DNA from: Candidatus Marinacidobacterium sp.
GTDB taxonomy: Bacteria > Acidobacteriota > Vicinamibacteria > Marinacidobacterales > Marinacidobacteraceae
DNA length: 64,000 nucleotides
Assembly: GCA_965204755.1 (NCBI GenBank)
Contig: OZ242011.1
Location: 1,184,001-1,248,000 of the forward strand
Reading direction: 5' to 3'
Below, piece by piece: positions 27,701 through 37,355 of the stretch. Both the position numbers and the translations under genes were made by a program. The notes below the pieces were generated by a model. That model had not been told where the DNA came from and made no database searches. It saw nothing but the letters and a program-made list of their open reading frames with translations. Within the stretch, counting starts at the first letter, position 1; every line of letters starts with the position of its first letter.

Positions 27701-28762
27701 ATGAGCCTGCTGTTGAAGACCTCGAAGCGCGACCGCTTCGACCGGAGCCCGGTGGGGGGCCGCATCACCGAGCCGGGGGCGTTCTTCGACCGCCGGGCGT
27801 TCCTCGGCGCCTCCGCCGGGGCGGCCCTGATCGGCCCGGTCGCCGCCGCCTGCGAAGCCGGTACCCCTTCCCAGGACGGGGAGGCGCCGGGCGTGGGGCT
27901 CCTCGATGTCCCGTACTCGCGGCCGGAAGTGTTCCCGGCGGAGCGGAACGCCTCGTACGCGGTTCCGGAGGACATCGCCCGGAAGGAACTGATGTCCCGG
28001 GAAGTCGCGGCTTCGCACAACAACTTCTACGAGTTCCTCGCCGGGCGCGGCGGGGCGGTCTGGAAGTTGTCCGGCGGCTACCGGCCGGTGCCCTGGGCGG
28101 TCGAAGTGGGCGGCGAGTGCGAGAAACCGCGCACCTTCGACCTCGACGACCTGCTGGCGTTCCCGCACGAGGAGCGCATCTACCACTTCCGCTGCGTGGA
28201 GCGGTGGGCGATGAATGTGCCCTGGACCGGGTTCTCGCTGTCGCGCCTGATCGAGGCGGTGGAGCCGAAGGCGAGCGCCCGCTTCGTCTCGTTCACTTCG
28301 CTGGAGCGGCTCGAGGAGATGCCGGGGATGGCCGCGAGCAACTGGTACCCGTGGCCCTACCACGAGGGGCTGCGGATGGACGAGGCGATGCACCCGCTGG
28401 CGTTCGTGGTCACCGGCGCGTACGGCGAACCGCTGGTCCGCCAGCACGGGGCGCCGGTGCGGATGGCGGTGCCGTGGAAGTACGGCTACAAGGGCCCGAA
28501 AGCGGTGGTGAAGATCGAGTTGACCCGGGAACAGCCGAAGTTCTTCTGGGAGATGCAGCGGCACGAGTACGGGTTCCTGTCGAATGTGAACCCGAACATC
28601 CCGCACCCGAGGTGGAGCCAGGCGGAGAGTTACTGGCTCGACGACCGGGAGCGGTTCCCGACCCCGCTGTTCAACGGGTACGCCGAGCAGGTGGCGTCGC
28701 TCTACCCGGACGAGCCGATGGAGCCGCAGCGCGCGCTGCGGATGGGCCAGACCGCCCGTTGA
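27701..28762 (+). CDS. msrP: Periplasmic methionine sulfoxide reductase, molybdoenzyme catalytic subunit
   Basis: Tat motif DRRAFLG; NNFYEF, RCVERW, EGLRMDEAMHPL, PWKYGYK, HPRWSQA. Confidence 0.95.
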   Translation: MSLLLKTSKRDRFDRSPVGGRITEPGAFFDRRAFLGASAGAALIGPVAAACEAGTPSQDGEAPGVGLLDVPYSRPEVFPAERNASYAVPEDIARKELMSREVAASHNNFYEFLAGRGGAVWKLSGGYRPVPWAVEVGGECEKPRTFDLDDLLAFPHEERIYHFRCVERWAMNVPWTGFSLSRLIEAVEPKASARFVSFTSLERLEEMPGMAASNWYPWPYHEGLRMDEAMHPLAFVVTGAYGEPLVRQHGAPVRMAVPWKYGYKGPKAVVKIELTREQPKFFWEMQRHEYGFLSNVNPNIPHPRWSQAESYWLDDRERFPTPLFNGYAEQVASLYPDEPMEPQRALRMGQTAR

Positions 28763-28823
28763 GCGGCCCGCCGGGGGCCGGTCCCCGGGCAGGGCGGCGG
28801 CCGGAGCGGCGGAGGCCGCCGCG

Positions 28824-29195
28824 GTGACCTGGCTGCGGCTCGGCGCCGGGGCGCTCCTGCTCACGGTGGTCGCCGGCGCCTTCGGGGCGCATGTCCTGGA
28901 AGGCCGCCTGCCGGCCCGTTCGCTGGCGGTCTTCGAGACGGCGGTGCGGTACGGGGCGTGGCACGGCCTCGGTCTGCTCGCCGTCGGCCTCGCCGGGGAG
29001 ACCGGGGTTGCGGCCGGCGGCGCCGTTTCGGTGGCCGGGGCGCTCATGACCGCCGGCGCCGCGCTCTTCTGCGGCAGCCTCGTCGGCCTCGCCCTCGGCG
29101 GGCCGGCGTGGCTCGGCCCGGTCACCCCGGTGGGCGGGCTGTGCCTCGCGGCGTCCTGGGGAGCGCTGCTGTGGGCGCTGTTCGGGGCGCGATGA
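28824..29195 (+). CDS. DUF423 (YgdD/TMEM256) membrane protein
   Basis: GAFGAH, FETAVRY..WH, LFCGSL, GPVTPVGG. Confidence 0.92.
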   Translation: MTWLRLGAGALLLTVVAGAFGAHVLEGRLPARSLAVFETAVRYGAWHGLGLLAVGLAGETGVAAGGAVSVAGALMTAGAALFCGSLVGLALGGPAWLGPVTPVGGLCLAASWGALLWALFGAR

Positions 29196-29797
29196 GCCGG
29201 GAGACGACCCCGGCGGCGGCCGCCGACCCCGAAGCGGGTCGGCCGGCGATCCAGGACGCCTACCCGGAGGAGACCCGCCACTGCTACGGCTGCGGCGGCC
29301 GCAACGAACACGGCTACCGGATTCGAAGTTACCGGAGCGGGGACGAGACCGTCTGCCGGTTCACCCCGGCGCCGCACCACACCTCCCTGCCCGGTTTCGT
29401 CTATGGCGGGCTCATCGCGTCGCTGGTGGATTGCCACGGCACCGGCAGCGCCGCGGAGGCCGCCTACCGCGCCGCGGGACGTCCTCTCGGGAGCGACCCG
29501 CCGCTCCGCTTCGTGACCGCCTCGCTCCGCGTGGACTTCCGCCGCCCGACCCCGCTGGGCGAGGAACTCCTGCTCCGGGGGCGGGCCGTCGAAGTCGCCG
29601 AACGCAAGGTGCGCGTGGCGGTCACGGTGGAGGCCGACGGCGTCGTCACCGTGGAGGGCGAGGTCCTGGCGGTGCGCCTGCCCGACGATTGGCCGCCGAT
29701 GGCGCAAGCGGAAGCCCGGCCCGAAGTTCCTCGCGGTCGCCCGCGCCGGAGCCGACCGGGCGGAACGAGATCCGGTGCGGAAAGGAAACACCGATGA
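29192..29797 (+). CDS. PaaI family thioesterase (hotdog fold)
   Basis: HCYGCGGRNEHG, PGFVYGGLIASLVDCH, FVTASLRVDFRRPTP. Confidence 0.9.
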   Translation: MSRETTPAAAADPEAGRPAIQDAYPEETRHCYGCGGRNEHGYRIRSYRSGDETVCRFTPAPHHTSLPGFVYGGLIASLVDCHGTGSAAEAAYRAAGRPLGSDPPLRFVTASLRVDFRRPTPLGEELLLRGRAVEVAERKVRVAVTVEADGVVTVEGEVLAVRLPDDWPPMAQAEARPEVPRGRPRRSRPGGTRSGAERKHR

Positions 29798-30138
29798 GCG
29801 AAGACGCCGTCATTCGCCGGAGTCTCGTCGAGACGGCCGAGGAACAGACGACGATCTTCTACTCCGACCTCGGCGCGCTCATCGGCCTGGACATGAGTCA
29901 ACCCGACCAGCGGACGGAACTCTCCGACCTGTTGGGGCGGATCAACATCGCGGAACACGAGGAAGGTCGGCCGATGCTCTCGGCGGTCGCCGTGCTGAAG
30001 GACGAGATGCGGCCTGGCCAAGGCTTCTTCGAGATCGCCCACTGGATCGGCGTCTACGACGGGAACAAGGACCCCGAAGCCCAGGAACGCTTCTTCATCG
30101 CCGAACTCAAGCGGGTGTACGCCTACTGGGCAAAATGA
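29794..30138 (+). CDS. Small hypothetical winged-helix-like protein
   Basis: TIFYSDLGALIG..LSDLLGRI..EGRPMLSAVAV..PGQGFF; ATG overlaps the thioesterase stop. Confidence 0.75.
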   Translation: MSEDAVIRRSLVETAEEQTTIFYSDLGALIGLDMSQPDQRTELSDLLGRINIAEHEEGRPMLSAVAVLKDEMRPGQGFFEIAHWIGVYDGNKDPEAQERFFIAELKRVYAYWAK

Positions 30139-30170
30139 CGGACGACGCCGCGGCGTAGAGCCCGCCGGCG

Positions 30171-32813
30171 TTACTCGCGGAGGACGGCGAGCGGTTTGCG
30201 GCGGAGGACATCGGCGGCGGCGAAGGCGCCGACCACCGCCGCCGCCAGGGCGGGCAGGAAGACGCCGAGCGCTCCCACCAGCGGGTCCGCGGCGAAGGGG
30301 ATGCGCATGAGTCGGCGGACCACGAAGAAGGCGGTGACCGCCGACCCGAGGGCCGCGGCGGCGCCGGCGACCGCGCCCAGCGCGCCGTGTTCGATCAGGG
30401 TGAGGGCGAACACCCGGTTCCGCGCCGCTCCGAGGACCCGGAGCACCGCGGTCTCCCGGCGGCGGGCGCCGATGTGGACCGCGACCGTGCCGATGAGGAT
30501 CAGCGCCCCGCCGATCACCGCGATGAGGCCGACGATGCGGATCGCCAGCGCCACGCTGTCCGCGACCTGGCGAAAGGTGTTCAGCACATCGCGGAGGTCC
30601 ACCACGGTGATGTTCGGGAAGGCGCCGACGGTCGCGCCGATGAACCGGGAGCGCTCCACCGGGTCGTCCGGCCCTTTCACGAAGCCGGCCCAGGTGCGGG
30701 GGAACTCCCGGAGGTTGTCCGGGTGGAAGAGGAAGGTGAAGCCGCCGTTCCGGGCGTTCCGCCACTCCACATCCCGGAACGAGGTGATCCGGGCGTCGAG
30801 CGTCTCCCCCAGGATGCGGAACCGGATGGTGTCCCCCACCCGGAGGCCCTGCTCGCGCCAGAGGTCGATCTCGGCGGAGACCTCGACGCCCTCGGCGGGG
30901 CGGCCGCCCCAGAACTCGCCGGCGAAGAGCGTCTCGTTGTCCTCGAGGAACGAGCGCGAACTCACCGTGTATTCGCGGCCCATCCCCCCGCGGCGCACCG
31001 CCCGCCGGTCCGGGAAGGAGACCTCCGGACCGAAGACCGCCTCGATCCGGGCCTGGAGCACCGGGAGCAGGTTGACCGACTCCGCTCCGCTCCGCCGGGC
31101 GTTCGCCTCCACCGCTTCGCGCTGGTCGGACTGGATGTCCAGGAAGAAGACATCGGGGGCGCCGGCGTCCTCCTGGAAGGCGAACTCCCGGCGGAGGTTC
31201 CGCTCGATCGCCGTGGTGGCGAGCACCAGGAAGACCCCCACGCCGAGCGCCACCAGCGTCAGCCGGACCGAAGCCGCCCCCCGGAGGACGGTCCGCGCCG
31301 CGTGGCGCACCGGGAAGGTGCGGGCGGCGGCCAGCGGGCGGAGGGAGCGCAGCAGCAAGCCGGCGAGGAACCACAGCGTCCCGGCGACCAGCGCGAAGCC
31401 CGCCGTCACGGCGAGCGTCACCCGGAAGGATCCCGACTGCCAGCCGGCGAGCCCGAGGAAGAGCGCCCCGCAGGCGGCGGCGACTCCGACCTCGATCCGC
31501 CGGGCGCGGGAGGAGCGGTCGTCGTCGAGCAGCCCGCCGCTGCGCAGGAGGCCCAGCGGGCGCACCCGGCGAAGCGGCAGCAGCGGGAAGAAGGACGCCA
31601 GCAGCGCCGCCGCGGCCCCGGTGAGCGCCCCGGAGGCGGCCGCCCCGGCGGTGAGCCGCACGGACGCCTCGATCCCGCCGATGGCCACCGGGGGGATGAA
31701 GAAGGAGAGCGCCGCCGCCCCGACCGCGATGCCGAAGACGCCGGCGGCCCCGGCGAGCGCCGCCACCTGGAGGGCCGCGATCAGGAAGATCGTCCGGGAG
31801 TGGACGCCGAGGCATCTCAGGGTGGCCGCGCCCGCCAGGTTCTGGCGGGTGAAGGCGGTGACCACGCTGAAGACGCCGACGCCGCCGAGCACCAGGATCA
31901 CGAACCCGGAGAGGCTCAGGTAGTCCTCGGCCCGGCGGATGCGGCGGGCCAGCCGCTCGCCGGTGTCGCGGTAGGTCCGGACGCGCACCCGGGTCTCGGC
32001 GGGCCGCCCGTCGAGCGCCTCGCGGAGTCCCGCCGCCAACCCTTCCGCCGAAGCCCCGTCGGCCACCGAGAAGAGGATCTCCCGGCGGCCCCGGGCCGGG
32101 TCGTCGGCGACGCCGGCGGCGAGCAGGTCGTCGAGGGAGACGAGCACCTTGGGGCCGCGGGCGAAGAAGTTGATCCCGCCCCCCGGTTCGCGGGCGAGGA
32201 TGCCGCGCACCTCGAAGCGCGTCCCGGCGAGGAGCAGCGCGTCACCGACTTCGAGGCCGAGGCGGGGCAGCAGTTCCGGTCGGACGAGCGCGCCGCCGCC
32301 GGCCAGCAGGCCGGCGAGGAGGTCCGGACTCTCGTCCACCCCTTCCACTTCCAGCGCGCCGTGGAGCGGGAAGCCCGGGCCGACGCCTTTCAACTCCACC
32401 ATCGCGCCCCGGTCGGGGTCCGCGGCGGAGCGGGCGAGGGTGGCGACCTGCGCTGTCCTGGTGACGCCGGCTAGGGGGTGGGCCTCCGCCGCCGCTTCGA
32501 GCAGCGCCGCGGTCTCCTCGTCGAAGCCCTCCGAGGAGACGGCGGAGACATCGGCGGCCAGCAGGAACCGGGATTCGGTCAGCAGCGCTTCCCGGATGCT
32601 GTCGGCGGCCGAGCGCAGCACGACCATCGCCGCGGTGCCGATCCCCACCGCGGCGAAGAAGAGGCCCAGCCGGCGCGCCGAGGAACGGAGTTCCCGGAAG
32701 GCCATGCGCAGGGCGAAGCGCGCTCCGGCGCCGCCCCCGGGCGGCGGCGTCCGGCGGGTCGAGTCGGTCAGGTCGGTCAGGTCGGTCAGGTCGATCGGGT
32801 CGGTCGGGGGCAC
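30171..32813 (-). CDS. ABC transporter permease (YbbP-like, double FtsX)
   Basis: MAFRELRSS, LLAADV, ELKGV..GFPLHG, APDVFFLDIQ, RRRETAVLRVLGA. Start is GTG 32813 or ATG 32705. Confidence 0.92.
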   Translation of the reverse strand: MPPTDPIDLTDLTDLTDSTRRTPPPGGGAGARFALRMAFRELRSSARRLGLFFAAVGIGTAAMVVLRSAADSIREALLTESRFLLAADVSAVSSEGFDEETAALLEAAAEAHPLAGVTRTAQVATLARSAADPDRGAMVELKGVGPGFPLHGALEVEGVDESPDLLAGLLAGGGALVRPELLPRLGLEVGDALLLAGTRFEVRGILAREPGGGINFFARGPKVLVSLDDLLAAGVADDPARGRREILFSVADGASAEGLAAGLREALDGRPAETRVRVRTYRDTGERLARRIRRAEDYLSLSGFVILVLGGVGVFSVVTAFTRQNLAGAATLRCLGVHSRTIFLIAALQVAALAGAAGVFGIAVGAAALSFFIPPVAIGGIEASVRLTAGAAASGALTGAAAALLASFFPLLPLRRVRPLGLLRSGGLLDDDRSSRARRIEVGVAAACGALFLGLAGWQSGSFRVTLAVTAGFALVAGTLWFLAGLLLRSLRPLAAARTFPVRHAARTVLRGAASVRLTLVALGVGVFLVLATTAIERNLRREFAFQEDAGAPDVFFLDIQSDQREAVEANARRSGAESVNLLPVLQARIEAVFGPEVSFPDRRAVRRGGMGREYTVSSRSFLEDNETLFAGEFWGGRPAEGVEVSAEIDLWREQGLRVGDTIRFRILGETLDARITSFRDVEWRNARNGGFTFLFHPDNLREFPRTWAGFVKGPDDPVERSRFIGATVGAFPNITVVDLRDVLNTFRQVADSVALAIRIVGLIAVIGGALILIGTVAVHIGARRRETAVLRVLGAARNRVFALTLIEHGALGAVAGAAAALGSAVTAFFVVRRLMRIPFAADPLVGALGVFLPALAAAVVGAFAAADVLRRKPLAVLRE

Positions 32814-32846
32814 TCGCGCTCGGCCGGAGGCGCGGGCCGGGCTCAG

Positions 32847-33070
32847 CAGCCCGTGGAGAAAGTCCGGAGAGCCCCCGTCGGCGCGAAGCGCCGACCGGGG
32901 AGGGGTGCGGGGAGGGGGTGTTGTCCCCCTCCCCGCGATAGATGGCGGGGGGAATCGCGCAGCGATTCGCGCCGCCGGCCCGTGGGAAAAGCGCCCCGCC
33001 GCGAAACCGAACGCGGGCTCGGCGCCCTCGCGTCGAGGAGTGGACGGCGGGGCGCTTTTTCCACGGGCTG
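32847..33070. mobile_element. MITE copy 2 (224 bp)
   Basis: Terminal IR cagcccgtgga...tccacgggctg; TCAG on both sides (32843-46, 33071-74). Confidence 0.88.
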
Positions 33071-33847
33071 TCAGCCGGCCGCGAGGGCCGGTTCCGGGAC
33101 GCCGACGGAGGACGGCGCGACCGAGGCCGCCGCCGGGGCCTCGAGGAGGTCGTCGTCTTCGTGGAGCCGGCCGGCGCGCAGCCGGAGGCGGCGGTCGGCG
33201 AGCGCGGCGAGGCCCGAGTCGTGGGTGGCCACCACCAGCGCCGCGCCGGTTCGTTCGCGGACGCCGAGCAGGAGTTCCGCGATGGCCCCTCCGGTCTCCT
33301 CGTCGAGGTTGCCGGTCGGTTCGTCGGCGAGCACGACCGCGGGTTCGTTCGAGATGGCGCGGGCGATGGCGACGCGCTGCTGCTCGCCGCCGGAGAGTTG
33401 CGACGGCAGGTGATGGCCGCGATCGGCGAGGCCGAAGGACTCGAGCAGGGCCTCCGCCCGGGCCTTCGCGCCGCGCTCCCCGGCGATCTCCAGCGGCACG
33501 CCGATGTTCTCCAGCGCGGTGAGGTTCGCCAGCAGGTGGAACGACTGGAACACGAAGCCGAGATGCCTCGACCGGAAGAGGGCGAGTTCCTCCTCGCCGA
33601 GTGAGGCGAGATCGGTCCCGGCGACCTCGACCCGGCCGGCGGTCGGGTGGTCGAGCCCGGCGAGCAGGCCGAGGAGCGTGGACTTCCCGCTGCCCGAAGG
33701 GCCGCGGATGCAGACGAGTTCGCCGGCGGCGACGGTGAGTTCGAGGCCGTTCAGGATGGTGAGGTCCCGGTCGCCGCTCCGCACCGTCCGGCGGAGGCCG
33801 GCGGCGCGGATCATCGCCGGGGGCGCGTCGGGAGGCGTCTCGGGCAC
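33071..33847 (-). CDS. ABC transporter ATP-binding protein (YbbA/LolD-like)
   Basis: GPSGSGKST, LSGGEQQRVAIARA, ADEPTGNLD, ATHD. Confidence 0.95.
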   Translation of the reverse strand: MPETPPDAPPAMIRAAGLRRTVRSGDRDLTILNGLELTVAAGELVCIRGPSGSGKSTLLGLLAGLDHPTAGRVEVAGTDLASLGEEELALFRSRHLGFVFQSFHLLANLTALENIGVPLEIAGERGAKARAEALLESFGLADRGHHLPSQLSGGEQQRVAIARAISNEPAVVLADEPTGNLDEETGGAIAELLLGVRERTGAALVVATHDSGLAALADRRLRLRAGRLHEDDDLLEAPAAASVAPSSVGVPEPALAAG

Positions 33848-33868
33848 GATCGGGAGGGGAGAACGGAG

Positions 33869-34687
33869 TCAGGGATCGGAAGGTTCCGCCGCCGGCGCCG
33901 CCGCGCCGGAGGCCGCCCGCTCGAGCAGCGGCCCGATCGCGGCGAAGACATTGTCGGCGAGGCGGCGCGCGCCTTCGGCGTTGGGATGGATCCGGTCGCC
34001 GAGGTTCAGGGCGGGGTCCCCGGCCACCCCGTCGAGGAGATTCTCGAGGAGCGGCGTCCGCGTCTCGTCCGCGACTTCGCGGAAGGCGGCGCGGAACTCT
34101 TCGGCGTAGTCCGGCCCGAGTTCCGGGGCGGTGGGGACGCCGGCGAGCAGGACGGAGAGGCCCCGCCCCTCGGCTTCCCGGATCATGGCGCGCAGGTTGT
34201 CCGCCATCACGGAGGCCGGGACGCCGCGCAGGCCGTCGTTCCCGCCGAGCGCGAGGACCACCGCGCGAGCCGCGGGCTCCCGGTCGAGCACCCAGGGTAG
34301 CCGCCGAAGCCCGCCGGAGGAGGTCTCGCCGCTGACCCCGGCGTTCACCACGCGCAGGCCCGGCCCTTCCCGGTCGAGCCGCTCCTGCAGCCGCGCCGGC
34401 CAAGCCTCTTCGATCTCCAACCCGTAGCCGGCGGTCAGGCTGTCCCCGAAGGCGATGACCGCCGGGCGGTCGTCGGCGGGGTCTTCCGCCGGCGGGGGAA
34501 CCGGGGCGGGGGCCGGCGACTCGCGCGCCGGGGCGGGATCCCGGGGCCGGTCGTCGTCGCCGCAGCCGAGCGCGAACGCGCCGGCGGCCGCGAGGAGGGC
34601 GAGCGGCGGATTCCGGCGGCCGCGCCCCCCTCGGAGGGCGCGCAGGGAGCCGGAACCGGGCCGGCCCGAAAGGAGGAGTCTCACCAA
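33869..34687 (-). CDS. tesA: Arylesterase / SGNH hydrolase, probable lipoprotein
   Basis: FGDSLTAGYG, NAGVSGET, LGGNDGLRG, DRIHPN; lipobox FALGC; start uncertain. Confidence 0.9.
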   Translation of the reverse strand: MVRLLLSGRPGSGSLRALRGGRGRRNPPLALLAAAGAFALGCGDDDRPRDPAPARESPAPAPVPPPAEDPADDRPAVIAFGDSLTAGYGLEIEEAWPARLQERLDREGPGLRVVNAGVSGETSSGGLRRLPWVLDREPAARAVVLALGGNDGLRGVPASVMADNLRAMIREAEGRGLSVLLAGVPTAPELGPDYAEEFRAAFREVADETRTPLLENLLDGVAGDPALNLGDRIHPNAEGARRLADNVFAAIGPLLERAASGAAAPAAEPSDP

Positions 34688-34762
34688 CGGCTTCGGAGTG
34701 TTTCGGTCGGGCGCGCCGGAAGGATATCCCCCGTACCATCCCGCCGCCCCGCGCCTCCTTCC

Positions 34763-35257
34763 GTGTCCTCGACTCCCCCGCGCCGCTCGCCGGCGCCGAC
34801 CGGCCCGGGCGCGGAGCGCGAGCGCCTGGTGGTGTTCCTCTGCGTGGCCAACTCGGCGCGCAGCCAGTTGGCCGAAGCCCTCGGGCGGGAGTTGGCGCCG
34901 CCCGGCGTCCGGGTGGAGAGCGCCGGATCCCACCCCTGGCGGGTGCACCCGATGGCCGTCCGCGTCCTCGCGGAAGCCGGGCTCGACATCTCCGGCGCGC
35001 GGTCGAAGCCGGTCACCGAAGTCCCGGTGGCCTCCGCCGACACGGTGATCACGCTCTGCGCCGAGCAGGTCTGCCCGATCACTCCCCCCGGCGTCCGCCG
35101 TCTCCACTGGCCCTTCCCCGACCCGTCGGAGGCTTGGAGCGAACCGGAGCAACTCGCGCGATTCCGCGAAACCCGCGACGCCCTCCGGGAGCGGATCGCC
35201 GACTTCTTCGCGGAGCGGTTCGGCACTCGCGCATCCCGCCCCCGTCCGGCCGAGTGA
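34763..35257 (+). CDS. arsC: Arsenate reductase / low-molecular-weight PTP family
   Basis: FLCVANSARSQLAE, SAGS, ITLC..VCP, HWPFPDP. Confidence 0.9.
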   Translation: MSSTPPRRSPAPTGPGAERERLVVFLCVANSARSQLAEALGRELAPPGVRVESAGSHPWRVHPMAVRVLAEAGLDISGARSKPVTEVPVASADTVITLCAEQVCPITPPGVRRLHWPFPDPSEAWSEPEQLARFRETRDALRERIADFFAERFGTRASRPRPAE

Positions 35258-35268
35258 CGACCGCACCT

Positions 35269-36396
35269 CTAGACAACGAACACGAAATCGTGTTCGACGC
35301 CGCGCGAAGTTCCCCTTCCCCGAAACGCACTGGCCTGCGTACGCGGCACCTCCGAAGTGACACCCTCCCCAACGACGCACACGCGCCGGTTCAGCTCCCT
35401 GTCCAGCGCATTCTCGAGTCCCGCCGCCAACTCCGCCTTCTCGAAAGCCCGCCCGCCGATGCGCACGACGATACGCGCCGACTCGTCCAGTAGCGGTCCG
35501 AACCCACGCACTGACTCCCCGATGAACTCCCAATACGCCCCCTTGTCGCGATGCCGGTCGTCTCCTCCGGCGGTACGCACTTCGGGGTCGCCGCCGAGAA
35601 ACCACGCGCGAAGCCACTGATCCTCGCGATAGTTCGTCGTGTCTAGGTACGGCGGCGATGTCACCACATCCGTAACCCTCCCGAGCAGTCTCGGAAAGGC
35701 GTCCGCGGCCCGCCGTGCATCGGATTCCACCACTTCGCCCGCTTTCGTCGGCGGCGCCGTGGTGAATCGGTATTCCGCCATTCGCTCCAGTATGTCGAAG
35801 ACATCTTGAGGAGGTGGCTCCGACTTCGTTCGCCGCCACCACCGAACGGAATAGTCGGGTTTGGTGCTGATCGTCCTCGGAAGGCGGTTGCTGAAGTAAT
35901 TCCGCGACCGATGCGACTCTCCATGAAGTGCGCCAAGACACAGCGCGGCAATGAACCGATCGTCCTTCCGTCGACGCCAGTCCAAAGTCGCCCGTAGATA
36001 CCGCACCTGTACCATCGTTCCTTCGTGATAGCACATCCCGAAGAACTCGCCCAAGTTGCCGTCCCACCCCCGATCCTGTGGCTCCACGCACTCCGAACGC
36101 AATTCCCCCACGCGCTCCTTGACCTGCACCAATGTCGGTGGGTCACACTTCGCACCGGCGATGCAGACTGCCACGGGATTCCGGTCACAGCCGGCCCCTT
36201 CGCGCCCGGACAGGAGCGCCTCGAACATGGTCGTCCCACGACCGCAAAACGGGTCGAAAACGACACCCGAGTACTCGCTGGCAACCAACTGCTCTCGCAC
36301 AAATGCTTCGGGAAACATGGCAAAGTACGGGCAAATCGCATGGAACCGATGTCTCACGCCACGCTCCTCCCCCGCTTTCGGTACGAGTGTACCCAC
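35269..36396 (-). CDS. DNA amino-methyltransferase (N4C/N6A type)
   Basis: PYFAMFP, VFDPFCGRGTT (motif I), VVTSPPY (motif IV); visibly lower GC than the flanks. Confidence 0.9.
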   Translation of the reverse strand: MGTLVPKAGEERGVRHRFHAICPYFAMFPEAFVREQLVASEYSGVVFDPFCGRGTTMFEALLSGREGAGCDRNPVAVCIAGAKCDPPTLVQVKERVGELRSECVEPQDRGWDGNLGEFFGMCYHEGTMVQVRYLRATLDWRRRKDDRFIAALCLGALHGESHRSRNYFSNRLPRTISTKPDYSVRWWRRTKSEPPPQDVFDILERMAEYRFTTAPPTKAGEVVESDARRAADAFPRLLGRVTDVVTSPPYLDTTNYREDQWLRAWFLGGDPEVRTAGGDDRHRDKGAYWEFIGESVRGFGPLLDESARIVVRIGGRAFEKAELAAGLENALDRELNRRVCVVGEGVTSEVPRTQASAFRGRGTSRGVEHDFVFVV

Positions 36397-37355
36397 TCCT
36401 TTGCGTCTTCCAGACGCTTGTATCCCTCGATCTTGACACTGCGTTCCACCAGTTCGGCCGCTTCCTCCACCCTCCGCGGCACTCGAAGTCGGTGAAGGAT
36501 GTTGCCTAGTGTCCGTACATCATCGATGAACTGAACCCGATCGATCACGAACGGCACGACCATGTAAGGAACGAATTTCGTCGCTGGTCGCGGGAAGAAC
36601 CATCGATCCTTGAAGGCCTCCATGTGGTGCAGCACACTCTTGTCTCTCATGTCCCTTCCTGTCGCTACTTGAGCTACCGCTAGAAGGAATCCAGGAAAGT
36701 GATCCCGATGGTGACGAGCCGCGAACACATCAATCCCATCGTCCTTCGGATGACTCGGCGCACCCGGTTGCGGCTCTACTCGCCCATCGCCGAGACACCT
36801 CCAAATCGTCTTCAGTTTCTCCAGAAAGCCTGACCGATCTGGTCGCGGGAATCCAAATGACCACGCACTGCCCTGGATCTCCGCGGCCATCGCCGCAGTA
36901 GCAAAGAACTGAAAGAACTCCCTCAGTGAGGGAATTTCAGCGTCCGTCGGATGGAGATCCGAGTCACTTAGAAGGTCGGAGGCCGAACGGAGATTCGACA
37001 ACACAAGACTCAGAATGTACGCGACTTGACCCATGGAGTCTTTGCGCAAGTCGCACATAATGACGTCGCCCGAGTCATCCAACTGGAACGGGTATGCTGC
37101 ACCCAGTATGTGACGCCGTGATTCCACACACTCGGCCGTGCGTGACTCCGCCTCTTCCTCGCCGCGGCTGAGTTCGTCGTCAAGATTAGCGTAGTCGTTC
37201 GACGCTGCGATGCCCAGTTGATTACCGAGAGTTGAAATGCGCTCCGTGCCATCCGCCGAGAAGAACGCGGCAAGTTCAAGAAAGTCCGCAAGGAGATCAA
37301 AATCGAGGTGGCCCGGCGTGGCGGCATCCCTCGGGAAGGAGAGGCGCGTCGTCAT
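36354..37355 (-). CDS. Hypothetical protein, possible PD-(D/E)xK / Mrr-like endonuclease
   Basis: PKDDGIDVFA...LLAVAQVATG resembles a D..(Q/E)x(K) nuclease core; overlaps both neighbours. Confidence 0.6.
   Translation of the reverse strand: MTTRLSFPRDAATPGHLDFDLLADFLELAAFFSADGTERISTLGNQLGIAASNDYANLDDELSRGEEEAESRTAECVESRRHILGAAYPFQLDDSGDVIMCDLRKDSMGQVAYILSLVLSNLRSASDLLSDSDLHPTDAEIPSLREFFQFFATAAMAAEIQGSAWSFGFPRPDRSGFLEKLKTIWRCLGDGRVEPQPGAPSHPKDDGIDVFAARHHRDHFPGFLLAVAQVATGRDMRDKSVLHHMEAFKDRWFFPRPATKFVPYMVVPFVIDRVQFIDDVRTLGNILHRLRVPRRVEEAAELVERSVKIEGYKRLEDAKEWVHSYRKRGRSVA

Noticed and set aside
32760-32805. 9-bp tandem repeat (GGTCAGGTC) and the AGAAFG repeats at 13560-13630
   Set aside because: In-frame low-complexity expansions in disordered protein termini; no evidence of a separate function.
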